This document shows positions 1 through 10,750 of a stretch of 64,000 nucleotides of DNA, piece after piece. Below the pieces are notes generated by a model that was not told the origin of the DNA, ran no database searches, and saw only the letters and a program-made list of their open reading frames with translations. The translations under genes were made by a program, and so were the position numbers. Position 1 is the first letter of the stretch. Each line of letters begins with the position of its first letter. The stretch is from Candidatus Poribacteria bacterium (GTDB lineage Bacteria; Poribacteria; WGA-4E; WGA-3G). Location: the NCBI GenBank assembly GCA_965198235.1, contig OZ240248.1:192001-256000 (forward strand), given 5' to 3'.

Positions 1-1
1 A

Positions 2-175
2 CCCGCATGGAAGAATCTCACCGACGATGGCACCGAGCTTCCACCGACAACAGAACGCATTGGCGAATTGATTCTGAATGGGCAATTTCTCCTGCCATTT
101 GAAGTCGTCTCTGTGCTGTTGTTAGTCGCGTTAATCGGAGCCGCCCTGATTTCCCGAAAGGAGGTTAGGGACTAA
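2..175 (+). CDS. nuoJ: NADH-quinone oxidoreductase subunit J, 3' end (partial)
   Basis: Frame 2 reads ...IGELILNGQFLLPFEVVSVLLLVALIGAALISRKEVRD*, containing the NuoJ LPFE motif; lies directly upstream of nuoK. Confidence 0.9.
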   Translation, partial: PAWKNLTDDGTELPPTTERIGELILNGQFLLPFEVVSVLLLVALIGAALISRKEVRD

Positions 176-185
176 ATCTGGGGGA

Positions 186-210
186 GTCGCGATTCAGAGA
201 TCGCTCCTAC
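186..210 (-). repeat. GTAG-type REP-like palindrome
   Basis: Reverse complement GTAGGAGCGATCTCTGAATCGCGAC resembles copies at ~8568, 35718 and 47549. Confidence 0.6.
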
Positions 211-222
211 CAAAAGAGAAAA

Positions 223-531
223 ATGACTTTACAACACTACCTCGTCATCAGTGCGATTCTGTTCACGCTCGGCATTTTCGCCGTCTTGACCCGACGGAAC
301 GCCATTAGTATTTTGATGGGAATTGAGCTTATTCTCAATTCGTGTAATCTTAACTTTGCCGCATTCTCGCGTTTTATGACACCACCGGAGGACATCAGCG
401 GACAAATTATCGCTATTTTTGGGATTGTGCTCGCTGCAGCAGAAGCCGCTGTTTTTTTAGCGATTATCCTCGCGATCTACCGCGAATTCGGTAGCATACG
501 TCCTAACGAAGTGGATACCTTAAAAGGTTAA
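223..531 (+). CDS. nuoK: NADH-quinone oxidoreductase subunit K
   Basis: 102 aa, three TM segments, RRNAI..LMGIELILN and AAAEAA motifs. Confidence 0.95.
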   Translation: MTLQHYLVISAILFTLGIFAVLTRRNAISILMGIELILNSCNLNFAAFSRFMTPPEDISGQIIAIFGIVLAAAEAAVFLAIILAIYREFGSIRPNEVDTLKG

Positions 532-641
532 AAATTCATTTGGCACTAAAAACTTTGACGCTATCAGACATCGTTGATCGTATCAGAAATCCGCTTGCAA
601 CAACGGCAGCACGCAGATCAGGAGGCCCATAGCTAAAAAAT

Positions 642-2867
642 ATGGTTGTACCCTTAATAAGTCTCATTTTGCTTTGCCCGCTTGCCGCATTTGCGATCTT
701 CGGACTTTTGGGCTTGGGAAATCGGAGCTTCCCGCGACAGGACTATCTATCTATTGCAGCAATGCTTATTGCGCTCGTCTGTTCGTTCCTGCTTCTGCGA
801 GAGGTAGTCCCCGATCCAGCACCTCATACAGTTAAGTGGATTTCACTCGGTAGCATCACTTTCTCCATGGGTTTTTACTTGGACAGCGTCACAGCGATCA
901 TGCTGATTGTTGTCACGCTCGTCAGTAGCCTTGTCCATATTTTTTCGATGGGCTACATGCACGGCGATCCGAGATATCCACGGTTTTTTGCCTACCTTTC
1001 GCTCTTCTCCTTTTCAATGCTTTTCTTGGTCGTGTCGGATAACCTGCTCGGTATTTATATCGGTTGGGAACTCGTTGGACTCTGTTCCTATCTGCTCATC
1101 GGTTTCTGGTTTGAAAAGGATTCCGCCGCGAATGCCTGTAAAAAAGCATTCCTAACAACGCGGGTCGGTGATGTCGGTATGTTCATCGGCATGATGATGC
1201 TCTTCACTAAGTTTAAGACGCTCTCACTCTACGGAGAAGGCGGTATTTTTGCCCTCGTCGCCAGTTTGAATACCGGCGATATGGTATGGCTTTCTATCGC
1301 GGGTGTCCTCATCTTTTGTGGTGCCGTTGGTAAATCGGCGCAAGTTCCCCTGCATACATGGCTCCCTGATGCGATGGAAGGTCCTACACCCGTCAGCGCA
1401 TTGATTCATGCGGCGACGATGGTTGCCGCCGGAGTATATCTCACTGCTCGGATGTTCCCTATTTTGACAGAGACCTCGTCTTTAGTAATCGCCTATATCG
1501 GTGGCATTACTGCAATCATCGCTGCGACTATCGCCATCGTCCGTTTTGACATTAAACGGGTTTTGGCATACTCCACGGTTAGCCAACTTGGGTATATGAT
1601 GCTGGGGATTGGGGCTGGCAGTTATGTCGCAGGACTCTTTCACCTCACAACCCACGCCTTTTTCAAGGCATTGCTGTTTCTCGGTTCAGGGAGCGTCATC
1701 CACGCCTTCCACGCCATGCATGCACATGCACAGGGTGATAAACACGATCACACGCACGAGGACCATGATACGCACGAACATGAACACGGCGACCACGATT
1801 TAGTACATGCTCACGGTTCCGAGATTCCGCCCGATCAGGACATGCGGAACATGGGCGGGTTGCGCCACAAAATGCCAATTACTTTTGTCACAATGCTCAT
1901 CGCAACGTTGTCTATTTCTGGCGTACCCTTTGTCTTCTCCGGGTTCTGGAGCAAAGACGCGATCTTAGGCGGCGTGCTGGAGCGAGCAATGGAATGGAAC
2001 TCTGTCCACCACTATCTCCTATTCGGTATAGCACTCTTTGCTGCTGGAATTACGGCGTTCTATATGTTCCGACTGATCTTCATGACCTTCTTCGGCGAAC
2101 CCCGCAATCAGGAGATGCACGACATGGCACATGAGTCCCCGAAGTCGATGACCGTGCCGCTCCTTATTCTGGCGGCACTGAGCTTGCCTGTTGTGAATAC
2201 ACTCTGGTTTAACAAAGACTATGTTAAACCACCAGAACAACCGCATCTTCATGCACCGCAGCATGCGCACGTCTCACCTGACAGCAAAATGGGCGAGGCG
2301 GGGGTCACACTCTCACTTTTCGGCGTTTCTGAAGCAGTTGCAGCGGAAGAAGGTGGACACGATACAGACGGCGCACATGCAGATGAAGGTCATCATGGAC
2401 ACAGTCCCGCACATGCTATCGCGATGGTGCTATCTATCTGCGTCGCTGGATTAGGTATATTGTTCTCATGGTTGTTCTACCACAGGCGAACTTTATCTGC
2501 TGAATCTGTCGCAACGACTTTTCGACCGCTTTACAATCTCTTCTGGCACAAATACTACTTTGACGAATTTTACGACGGTGTGTTGGTTGCACTGACGGTG
2601 TGGAAGGCACGGCTCTTTGCTCAATTCGATGGAATTATCGTTGATGGTATCGTCAACGGTGTTGGGCGTTTAACGCGCGATTTTCTCGCTGTGTTCGTCG
2701 GCTCTTTTGATAACCGTGTCGTTGATGGCCTCGTCAATCGGGTCGCCCAAGTTACATGGGCAGTCGGCGGTAGAGTCCGTCGGATCCAGACCGGCGCGAT
2801 TCAGACATATCTCTTCGTTGTGCTGGCTGGAATTGTATTGTTAATCTTGATTTTCCGGGTTCTTTAA
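642..2867 (+). CDS. nuoL: NADH-quinone oxidoreductase subunit L, with His-rich insertions
   Basis: GKSAQVPLHTWLPDAMEGPTPVSALIHAATMV motif; operon position. Confidence 0.95.
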   Translation: MVVPLISLILLCPLAAFAIFGLLGLGNRSFPRQDYLSIAAMLIALVCSFLLLREVVPDPAPHTVKWISLGSITFSMGFYLDSVTAIMLIVVTLVSSLVHIFSMGYMHGDPRYPRFFAYLSLFSFSMLFLVVSDNLLGIYIGWELVGLCSYLLIGFWFEKDSAANACKKAFLTTRVGDVGMFIGMMMLFTKFKTLSLYGEGGIFALVASLNTGDMVWLSIAGVLIFCGAVGKSAQVPLHTWLPDAMEGPTPVSALIHAATMVAAGVYLTARMFPILTETSSLVIAYIGGITAIIAATIAIVRFDIKRVLAYSTVSQLGYMMLGIGAGSYVAGLFHLTTHAFFKALLFLGSGSVIHAFHAMHAHAQGDKHDHTHEDHDTHEHEHGDHDLVHAHGSEIPPDQDMRNMGGLRHKMPITFVTMLIATLSISGVPFVFSGFWSKDAILGGVLERAMEWNSVHHYLLFGIALFAAGITAFYMFRLIFMTFFGEPRNQEMHDMAHESPKSMTVPLLILAALSLPVVNTLWFNKDYVKPPEQPHLHAPQHAHVSPDSKMGEAGVTLSLFGVSEAVAAEEGGHDTDGAHADEGHHGHSPAHAIAMVLSICVAGLGILFSWLFYHRRTLSAESVATTFRPLYNLFWHKYYFDEFYDGVLVALTVWKARLFAQFDGIIVDGIVNGVGRLTRDFLAVFVGSFDNRVVDGLVNRVAQVTWAVGGRVRRIQTGAIQTYLFVVLAGIVLLILIFRVL

Positions 2868-3055
2868 GCTATTAAATCTGGTCACCGTTCCCTGTGCAAG
2901 CCTATAGAGGCTTGCAGGACAATGTTTCACGGTGGTTTTCGGTTAATGTCGACCGCCTCTGGATAATGAAAGGCTTTTTAACGATTGGAATACTGTGAGG
3001 ACAATAGACGCAGCAGCTGAGAAGCAATCGTTAGAAAAAGGAGGATTCCCACGAG

Positions 3056-4567
3056 ATGTTACTATCGCTAATGATTTTTGTCCCGTTGCTCGGGATGATC
3101 GTTGTTTTACTTCTGCCGCGTGAGTCGGAGGAACTGATTAAACGCGTTACGCTCTTTTTTACACTCGTTCCGCTCGCACTCGCAGTCGCTTTATTTATAT
3201 CCTACGACCGCTCGACTGCAGGAACACAGTACGTCTTTAACGTTCCTTGGATTCAGGCGTTTAATATCCAATATCACATCGGCATTGACGGACTCAGTGT
3301 AACGCTTTTACTCCTTACTGCACTCTTAGGTCCCATCTGTGTTATTGCCTCTTGGCGCAACATCGAAAAAGGTATCAAAGCGTACATGGCGTTGTTCCTA
3401 TTGCTTGAGACAGGAATGCTGGGTTTCTTCGTTGCGTTGGATCTGTTCCTCTTCTATGTTTTCTTTGAACTGACACTACTGCCGATGTATTTCCTTATCG
3501 GCGTGTGGGGCGGACCGCGCCGTGAATACGCTGCGATTAAGTTTTTCCTCTATACGCTCTTTGGTAGTGTGTTAATGTTGGTTGCGATGATAGCGGTCTA
3601 TCTCAACAGTGGGGCACCCGGTGCACGAACCTTTGACATTCCAACACTCATTACGTTAGCAGCTACAGAAGGACACGCCCTTAACAACCTCGACTTCCAG
3701 ATCTGGGTCTTCCTCGGCTTCTTTATTGGGTTTGCCGTTAAAGTGCCGATCTTCCCCTTCCATACATGGCTTCCCGATGCACACGTTGAAGCACCGACAG
3801 CGATTAGTGTTATCCTTGCAGGAATTCTCCTAAAGATGGGAACTTATGGGCTGGTCCGAGTTAACATGGCAATGTTTCCACGGGGTTTGGACTTCTTCTG
3901 TAACGGAATGGGTTTCTGGGGCAATAGTCTCGCACTTCTTGGGTTTATTAATATCGTCTACGGATCCTTCTGTGCACTGGCACAAACCGACTTTAAGAAG
4001 TTGGTCGCGTATTCCAGTATCGGACACATGGGCTTCGTCATCTTAGGGCTTTCCGCTCGAAATGACAGCGGTATCACTGGCGCGATTCTCCAGATGTTCA
4101 ACCACGGTGTCATCAGTGCGATGCTCTTCCTGCTCGTCGGTGTCCTCTACGACAGAGCACACCACCGTGAAATTAACGGATTCGGCGGTTTGGGAACCAA
4201 AATGCCCGTTTATACTGGCATTACGACGCTTGCGTTCATGGCTTCCTTGGGACTGCCCGGCTTGAGCGGATTTGTCGGCGAAGCACTCTCCTTACTGGGT
4301 GCCTACGATAAATTCAAACTGTTGACCATCTTGTCCACAATAGGTATTGTTGTCGGCGCGGCATATTTCCTCTGGACGCTTCAGCGTGTCTTCTTAGGGA
4401 CACTCAATCCTAAATATGAAGAACTTCCTGAAATCAATGGACGCGAAATTCTGACGCTGGTGCCGCTCGGAATCTTGACCATCGTGCTTGGGGTCTGGCC
4501 CAACTTCGCTATTGATATGTTCAGAGAGTCGGTTACTAACCTCATAGACATCCTGCAGGCGATATAG
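3056..4567 (+). CDS. nuoM: NADH-quinone oxidoreductase subunit M
   Basis: KVPIFPFHTWLPDAHVEAPT motif. Confidence 0.95.
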   Translation: MLLSLMIFVPLLGMIVVLLLPRESEELIKRVTLFFTLVPLALAVALFISYDRSTAGTQYVFNVPWIQAFNIQYHIGIDGLSVTLLLLTALLGPICVIASWRNIEKGIKAYMALFLLLETGMLGFFVALDLFLFYVFFELTLLPMYFLIGVWGGPRREYAAIKFFLYTLFGSVLMLVAMIAVYLNSGAPGARTFDIPTLITLAATEGHALNNLDFQIWVFLGFFIGFAVKVPIFPFHTWLPDAHVEAPTAISVILAGILLKMGTYGLVRVNMAMFPRGLDFFCNGMGFWGNSLALLGFINIVYGSFCALAQTDFKKLVAYSSIGHMGFVILGLSARNDSGITGAILQMFNHGVISAMLFLLVGVLYDRAHHREINGFGGLGTKMPVYTGITTLAFMASLGLPGLSGFVGEALSLLGAYDKFKLLTILSTIGIVVGAAYFLWTLQRVFLGTLNPKYEELPEINGREILTLVPLGILTIVLGVWPNFAIDMFRESVTNLIDILQAI

Positions 4568-4583
4568 GAGGTTTGAGGAAAGT

Positions 4584-6074
4584 ATGCAACCCTTAAGCAA
4601 CATCGAAAGCCTTCTCTACTTCAGTCCAGAAATCCTCCTTGTGATTTTTGCCGTCGCCGTTGTTCTCCTTGATCTCGTTATGAAGGACAGGGAAAGCTCC
4701 GCGGTTGCACATCTCTCCCTCGCAGGGTGTATTTGCGTATTCGCCGCTGTTCTTATCACACACTTTTCTTTCGGCGATAAAGGTCCTGTTTCCCTCTTTT
4801 TGGGAATGGTCCGACTTGATATGTTTTCCAGTTTTTTCAAGGTTCTGCTGCTGCTCGCAACTGCTGCAACGATTCTCTTTTCCCTTCGCTCTGAGGAACT
4901 TGACGCACGGTTGAAGGGTGAATACTATGCGCTCTTGTTAGCCATCACCCTTGGGATGTTCCTGATGGCATCGTCAACGAATTTGTTGATGATATTTATC
5001 TCGTTGGAAACGGTGAGTCTTACTTCCTATATTCTCGCTGGGTTCTTGACGCATAACCCTCGTTCCAGTGAAGCCGCGTTCAAATACATCACGTATGGCG
5101 CAGTCGCATCTGGCACTATGCTCTTTGGGTTGTCGCTTCTGTTTGGAATGGCTGGCAGCGGCGATCTCGGTCAAATTAGTGTGCGACTCACGGAACTCCT
5201 CGCATCTGGAGAGATTGCTCCGCTTGCCGTGCTGATTGCGATAACCTTCGTCCTTGCAGGTGTAGGTTATAAAATCGCCTCAGTCCCGTTTCACATGTGG
5301 TCCCCTGATGTTTACGAAGGCGCACCTATCCCTATAACCGCTTTTCTGTCAGTCGCCTCAAAATCCGCTGGGTTTGCCCTGTTCATTAGGTTTTTCTATT
5401 CCGGGTTTGGCAACCCTGAATTAATGCAGGCTGTTGATTGGACTTTCATGTTGGCGATAGTCTCCGCATTGACGATGACTGTCGGAAATCTCGCCGCTTT
5501 ACCACAGCAGAATGTGAAACGCTTATTAGCGTATTCCAGCATCGCACACAGTGGCTATCTCTTAATGGGCGGTGTCCTGCTCACCTCTGAAGGCATCGGT
5601 GCGATTCTCTTCTACCTCGTTGTTTATCTCTTTATGAACTTGGGTGCGTTTTATGTCGTTGTTCTGATTGCGAACGAAGAGGGAAGTGAAATGATTGAGG
5701 GCTACCGGGGTCTCGCCTCGCGTGCACCGTTTGTCGCTTGGGCAATGGCGATTTTCCTCTTTTCGCTAACTGGGATTCCACCGTTCGCGGGTTTCTTCGG
5801 AAAATGGCTACTCTTTGCCGCTGTCCTTGAGCAAGGATATTATTGGCTTGCGCTTGTCGGTCTGCTAAATAGCGTCGTCTCGCTTTACTATTATGCCCGC
5901 ATTGTGAAAGCGATGTTTCTCGAAGATTCCGACGAGGAAACAACACCGGTCTCCTTTTCTACCGGCACCTTTGCCCTCTTGAGCGTCTTTGTCATCCCAA
6001 CAATCCTCATCGGGTTCCTCAATATTTTTTATACCTTTTCCAATATCTCAGTTTCAGTGATACCGATGCAATAA
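4584..6074 (+). CDS. nuoN: NADH-quinone oxidoreductase subunit N
   Basis: KIASVPFHMWSPDVYEGAP and KRLLAYSSIAH motifs. Confidence 0.95.
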   Translation: MQPLSNIESLLYFSPEILLVIFAVAVVLLDLVMKDRESSAVAHLSLAGCICVFAAVLITHFSFGDKGPVSLFLGMVRLDMFSSFFKVLLLLATAATILFSLRSEELDARLKGEYYALLLAITLGMFLMASSTNLLMIFISLETVSLTSYILAGFLTHNPRSSEAAFKYITYGAVASGTMLFGLSLLFGMAGSGDLGQISVRLTELLASGEIAPLAVLIAITFVLAGVGYKIASVPFHMWSPDVYEGAPIPITAFLSVASKSAGFALFIRFFYSGFGNPELMQAVDWTFMLAIVSALTMTVGNLAALPQQNVKRLLAYSSIAHSGYLLMGGVLLTSEGIGAILFYLVVYLFMNLGAFYVVVLIANEEGSEMIEGYRGLASRAPFVAWAMAIFLFSLTGIPPFAGFFGKWLLFAAVLEQGYYWLALVGLLNSVVSLYYYARIVKAMFLEDSDEETTPVSFSTGTFALLSVFVIPTILIGFLNIFYTFSNISVSVIPMQ

Positions 6075-6087
6075 ATTCTTGAAAAAA

Positions 6088-6116
6088 TTGACAAACACGG
6101 TTAATTAAGGTATACT
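6088..6116 (+). promoter_or_regulatory. Sigma70 promoter of the tRNA pair
   Basis: TTGACA-N17-TATACT. Confidence 0.85.
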
Positions 6117-6149
6117 TAAAAACGCAACGGGTCTACAAAAGTGGATCAA

Positions 6150-6220
6150 TGCCCGGTCGTCTAATGGTAGGACGCGTGACTCTGGATTACGTAGTGAAGG
6201 TTCGAGTCCTTCCCGGGCAG
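6150..6220 (+). tRNA. tRNA-Gln(CTG); CCA not encoded
   Basis: Cloverleaf; anticodon arm CGTGA-CTCTGGA-TTACG; T-loop GGTTCGAGTCC. Confidence 0.92.
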
Positions 6221-6241
6221 TTCTCTCTATTATGTCAATAT

Positions 6242-6313
6242 GCCGCTATCGTCTAGGGGTTAGGACGGATGGTTCTCAGCCATCAAACCGGGGTTCGAAT
6301 CCCCGTAGCGGTA
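6242..6313 (+). tRNA. tRNA-Glu(CTC); CCA not encoded
   Basis: Anticodon arm GATGG-TTCTCAG-CCATC; T-loop GGTTCGAATCC. Confidence 0.92.
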
Positions 6314-6414
6314 TCTCTTCACCTGTAAGGGCGGGCTTCCACACTACCCGCCCGTTGTCTTGAGTGCCCAAATGCCTTCTGAGTTAGCGTCCCACACATT
6401 GGAGAAAAACACGC

Positions 6415-8478
6415 ATGCACGATACACCTCAACACACCAACCGCCTCGTCCATGAAACAAGTCCTTATCTGCTCCAGCATGCCCATAATCCCGTTGACTG
6501 GTATCCGTGGGGCGAAGACGCATTAGCGCACGCCAAACAGGAGCAGAAGCCTATCCTCCTCAGTATCGGCTACTCCGCTTGTCACTGGTGCCATGTCATG
6601 GAACGCGAATCCTTTGAAAATGAGGAAATCGCTGCGGTCATGAACGAACTTTTCATCAACATCAAGGTCGATAGAGAAGAACGTCCCGATTTAGATGAAA
6701 TCTACATGAACGCCGTCCAGATCATGACGCGTCAAGGCGGATGGCCCATGACCGTCTTCCTCACGCCTGACCTGAAACCCTTCTATGGTGGAACCTATTA
6801 CCCACCAACCGACAGATACGGTAGGCCCGGGTTCCCAAAAGTGATGCACGCCGTTGCCGAAGCATTCAGCGATCAGAATGTGCAGGTACTGGAGCAAGCA
6901 GAACAAATTACCACGCATCTCGCGCAGATAGGCAACGTCGTTGACCCACACCACCATGAACTCACAGAACAACTCATGACCCATGCTTTCCAACACTACC
7001 ACTCCCAATTCGATTCGCAGCACGGTGGGTTCGGCAATGCCCCTAAATTCCCACCCAGCATGGGATTGCCTTTCCTATTACGCTACTGGCATCATAGCGG
7101 CAACGCCAATGCCTTAGAGATGGTCGAGCTCACGCTGGAGAAGATGGCACGTGGTGGTATGTATGATCAACTTGGCGGCGGTTTCCACCGATATTCCACC
7201 GACGCACACTGGCTCGTCCCACACTTCGAGAAGATGCTGTATGATAACGCCCAACTCGTCGTCGCCTATTTTGAGGCATACCAAGCCACTCAGAAGTCGT
7301 TCTATCGCGATGTAGCAACTGAGACCCTCGACTACGTTCTCCGCGAGATGTACGACGCAGAAAACGGCGGTTTCTATTCCACCCAAGATGCCGATAGTGA
7401 AGGTGTAGAGGGTAAGTTCTTCGTCTGGGAACCGAACGATGTGGAAGACATCATCGGCGAGGCGAACGCCGAAATCTTCTGTGAGTATTACGACATCACG
7501 CCACAAGGCAATTTTGAGGGAGAAAACATCCTCCAGGTTCAAACACCACCTGACATCCTTGCCCGAAAACTCCGTATGGATGTCGGAGAACTGGAAACTC
7601 TCCTCGCAGACGGGAAACAGAAACTGTTTGATGAGAGGGAGAAGCGGATTAAACCGGGATTGGACGACAAAATCCTCACCAGTTGGAACGGAATCATGAT
7701 CCGCGGTATGGCGATGGGATACCAACTGACCGGGAAACCGGAATACCTTGAGGCATGTGAAAAATCCGCCGAATTCGTCTTGACGACCTTATCACAAGAG
7801 AACGGACTCCTCTTGCGCACCTACCGTGATGGCAAAAGCCACCTCAACGCTTACCTTGAGGACTACGCCTACTTCATTGCTGGGTTAATCGCACTCTACG
7901 AAGCCAGTTTTGAACCGCGATGGCTCACCGAAGCCGAACGTCTCGCACATCTCATGATCGATCAGTTCGGCGACGACGCAGGCGACGGGTTCTTCTTCAC
8001 TGGCAAAGCGCACGAGACGCTCATCGTCCAATCCAAATCCGCTTACGACGGGGCCACGCCTTCCGGGGCATCCATGGCGATTCACAGCCTCTTACGGCTT
8101 GCCAAACACCTCGACAACCCCGAATTCCACGACAAAGCCGTTGAGACCCTATTGCTTTACTTCCATCAGATGGAGGGAATGCCTTCAGGATCCGGGCAGC
8201 TGCTCTGTGAGTTAGCGTTCTTGTTATCAACCCCGAAAGAGATTGCCATCGTTGGTGAAAAGGGAGATGCAACAACGGACGCGATGTTAGAAGCGTTGCA
8301 TGGCATCTATCTGCCGAACAAAATCATCGCTTTGAGCGAATCCGCTGATGGACAGACGTTACCGCTCCTCGCGAACAAGCCACAGGTTGACAGCACCGCA
8401 ACCGCTTACGTCTGCGAGAATTACGTCTGCCAAGCCCCCACAACGAATGTTGAGGCATTCGTGGAACTACTTCAATAA
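6415..8478 (+). CDS. Thioredoxin domain-containing protein (YyaL/DUF255/SPATA20 family)
   Basis: [30 protein letters not shown] and [11 protein letters not shown] motifs. Confidence 0.9.
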   Translation: MHDTPQHTNRLVHETSPYLLQHAHNPVDWYPWGEDALAHAKQEQKPILLSIGYSACHWCHVMERESFENEEIAAVMNELFINIKVDREERPDLDEIYMNAVQIMTRQGGWPMTVFLTPDLKPFYGGTYYPPTDRYGRPGFPKVMHAVAEAFSDQNVQVLEQAEQITTHLAQIGNVVDPHHHELTEQLMTHAFQHYHSQFDSQHGGFGNAPKFPPSMGLPFLLRYWHHSGNANALEMVELTLEKMARGGMYDQLGGGFHRYSTDAHWLVPHFEKMLYDNAQLVVAYFEAYQATQKSFYRDVATETLDYVLREMYDAENGGFYSTQDADSEGVEGKFFVWEPNDVEDIIGEANAEIFCEYYDITPQGNFEGENILQVQTPPDILARKLRMDVGELETLLADGKQKLFDEREKRIKPGLDDKILTSWNGIMIRGMAMGYQLTGKPEYLEACEKSAEFVLTTLSQENGLLLRTYRDGKSHLNAYLEDYAYFIAGLIALYEASFEPRWLTEAERLAHLMIDQFGDDAGDGFFFTGKAHETLIVQSKSAYDGATPSGASMAIHSLLRLAKHLDNPEFHDKAVETLLLYFHQMEGMPSGSGQLLCELAFLLSTPKEIAIVGEKGDATTDAMLEALHGIYLPNKIIALSESADGQTLPLLANKPQVDSTATAYVCENYVCQAPTTNVEAFVELLQ

Positions 8479-8500
8479 TCCTTCTTTCCCCTATTCTTCT

Positions 8501-8526
8501 GCTGGCGAGGTTTCCCGACCTCGCCG
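8501..8526 (+). repeat. GCTGGCGAGG...CCTCGCC palindromic repeat family
   Basis: Similar copies at ~47484, 57474 and 57524. Confidence 0.65.
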
Positions 8527-8653
8527 CTTAAGCACTCCTTCTTGCAAGAGGGGCACTTAGTCTTCCCGCAGGAGAGATCTCCGAATCCCAACTTATACCC
8601 TGCAACTCACAAAAAACTAAAACTGAATTGACCCACCCTCCTGCAAATCTGGC

Positions 8654-8682
8654 TTGCAATTCCAGCCTATCTTTGATACAAT
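8654..8682 (+). promoter_or_regulatory. Putative sigma70 promoter
   Basis: TTGCAA-N17-TACAAT with an extended -10 TGn. Confidence 0.5.
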
Positions 8683-8770
8683 ATAACCACGAAAAATAAA
8701 ATCTACCTGATATGCATTAGAAGCAGAACTGACGAGCGTGGCTTACAATGACAATTATAGAGGTGTCAGT

Positions 8771-10153
8771 ATGAGTCTGACAGTCCGGTTAAAAAACATT
8801 GGAATCTTAAAGCAGGCAGAATTTTCGCTGGGTGATTTGACAATTATCTGTGGTGAGAATAATACCGGCAAAACTTATGCTGCTTGTGTATTGTTCGGCT
8901 TCTTAAAGTCTTGGCATCAATTTATCCGTTTCCCAATTAGCGATGCACAAATTCAGCGAGCACTTACAGAACAGGTTAAGATTGAATTGGTGCCAACAAC
9001 TGATAACATACTTACAGAAGCATGCAGGAAATACACCGAGCAACTGCATAAAATTTTCGCAGCACCTGAAGGTACGTTTCAGAATAGTGAATTTCGCCTC
9101 GTGACAGATGAGATTGACATACAAGATAAAAAATTCAACAGCATAATCACAAGCCTCCAAAATCCGGCTTTTATATTTGCAAAGGGCAAGGGGAGCGAAG
9201 AAGTGATACTTACTTCGCGGATAAGAAAAGAACAAGAAAGAGAAATTGATACCGATAGTGTAAAAAGTGCTATTGATAGTATTATTATCGACGATATTTT
9301 CTCTGGTTCTTTACCCAGACCTTTTATCTCTTCAACTGAGCGCACTGGCATCTCGACTTTTCGGAAAGAACTCAATTTTGCTCGGAGTCGACTGCTTAAA
9401 GAAATGGAGCGAGCGGATCAACAGATTGATCTGCGGGAATTGCTATCCCAGGCGTATCAAAGTTATCCGTCACCAATAGAAGCCGATGTCGACTTTATGG
9501 GTCAACTTGAAGATATTACCAAAAGCAAAAGTTTCATTGCCAAAGAGCATCCTGAAATCTTGGAAGACTTTACAGACATTATCAGCGGTGATTACGTCAT
9601 TACACAAAATGACCAACTCTACTATATCCCCAAAGGCACAAGGCTCAAATTGACGATGGTGGAAAGTTCAAGTGCTGTCCGTTCACTCTTAGATATAGGT
9701 TTTTATCTGCGATATATCGCTAAAAAAGGCGACCTGCTTATGGTAGACGAACCCGAATTAAGCCTGCATCCCGAAAACCAACGTCGTATCGCCAAACTTT
9801 TTGCAAGGCTCGCGAATATAGGTGTTAAGGTTTTCGTAACCACTCATAGTGATTACATCGTCAAGGAACTCAATACGCTTATCATGCTCAACCACGATAA
9901 GCCCCATTTGAAAAAAATCGCCGAAGAAAACGGTTATCAGGACAGCGAGTTGATTAATGTTGATCAGGTCAAAGTGTATATCGCGGAAAAGGCGTTACTG
10001 CCGTTAGAAGAAGGTCAGAAGAGACGGAAAAGGGGACAGACACTCGTTCCGGCTAAGATTCATCCAAGGTTTGGTATTGGAGTCAGCAGCTTTGACAAAA
10101 CCATTGATGACCTGAATAGGATTCAGGACGAAATTGTCTGGGGGGAAGAATAA
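8771..10153 (+). CDS. AAA_15/AAA_21-type ABC ATPase (defence-associated type)
   Basis: Walker A GENNTGKT, Walker B/D-loop LLMVDEPELSLHPENQ, H-loop TTHS; RBS GAGGTG before ATG 8771. Confidence 0.8.
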   Translation: MSLTVRLKNIGILKQAEFSLGDLTIICGENNTGKTYAACVLFGFLKSWHQFIRFPISDAQIQRALTEQVKIELVPTTDNILTEACRKYTEQLHKIFAAPEGTFQNSEFRLVTDEIDIQDKKFNSIITSLQNPAFIFAKGKGSEEVILTSRIRKEQEREIDTDSVKSAIDSIIIDDIFSGSLPRPFISSTERTGISTFRKELNFARSRLLKEMERADQQIDLRELLSQAYQSYPSPIEADVDFMGQLEDITKSKSFIAKEHPEILEDFTDIISGDYVITQNDQLYYIPKGTRLKLTMVESSSAVRSLLDIGFYLRYIAKKGDLLMVDEPELSLHPENQRRIAKLFARLANIGVKVFVTTHSDYIVKELNTLIMLNHDKPHLKKIAEENGYQDSELINVDQVKVYIAEKALLPLEEGQKRRKRGQTLVPAKIHPRFGIGVSSFDKTIDDLNRIQDEIVWGEE

Positions 10154-10158
10154 GTTTC

Positions 10159-10728
10159 GTGAATGACATACAGATATTGCAGGAAATGCTCAACCCTGAT
10201 GCTCAAGTTATGTTACAATCAGGGCAGGGGAGACCTTCTGTTCAATTAACTGACTTGCAATCTGGCATGACTGTAGAAATAAAGGGGCTTCCTTACAACT
10301 CTATCGTTATAAGAGCGGAAGATTTCGAGAATCCTCTCACCATCTTTAATGGGGAAAAAGGTGAACGTAAGAGAGCTGATTTTGTGATTGTATCCAACGA
10401 CGAGATCGGAAGAAAGTGGATTATCTGTATTGAGACGCAAGAAATGGACGCTAAACTGGCATCCCACGTTGTCCAACAGTTAAAAGGGGCATATTGCTTT
10501 ATTACTTACTGCAAATATATAGGAAAATCGTTCTGGGAGTCGGAAGAATTCCTTGATAACTATGACTACCGATTTGTAAGTATCGTAGACCTTAACTTCA
10601 ATAAGAGTAGGCGACAAACACAACCTTTTTATTCTACTGGGGAATTGCATAACCACCCTGACATTTTTCTCAAAATTTCACGGAGTCCTATTATCTATTT
10701 TCGCAAGTTAATTGATCCGGTGCCCTGA
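10159..10728 (+). CDS. Hypothetical protein with possible PD-(D/E)xK nuclease fold; partner of the ATPase
   Basis: Starts 5 bp after the ATPase; RADFVIV...CIETQ motif; AT-rich. Confidence 0.6.
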   Translation: MNDIQILQEMLNPDAQVMLQSGQGRPSVQLTDLQSGMTVEIKGLPYNSIVIRAEDFENPLTIFNGEKGERKRADFVIVSNDEIGRKWIICIETQEMDAKLASHVVQQLKGAYCFITYCKYIGKSFWESEEFLDNYDYRFVSIVDLNFNKSRRQTQPFYSTGELHNHPDIFLKISRSPIIYFRKLIDPVP

Positions 10729-10750
10729 TACAAAAACATAGGAGAAAGCA

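Noticed and set aside
2880-2940. Hairpin between nuoL and nuoM as a riboswitch
   Set aside because: Simple nested stem with no known aptamer features; more likely an mRNA stability or processing element
6150-6313. tRNA-anchored genomic island or prophage
   Set aside because: No integrase, no duplicated tRNA 3' end and no phage genes seen; the Bor-like lipoprotein alone is not evidence of a phage
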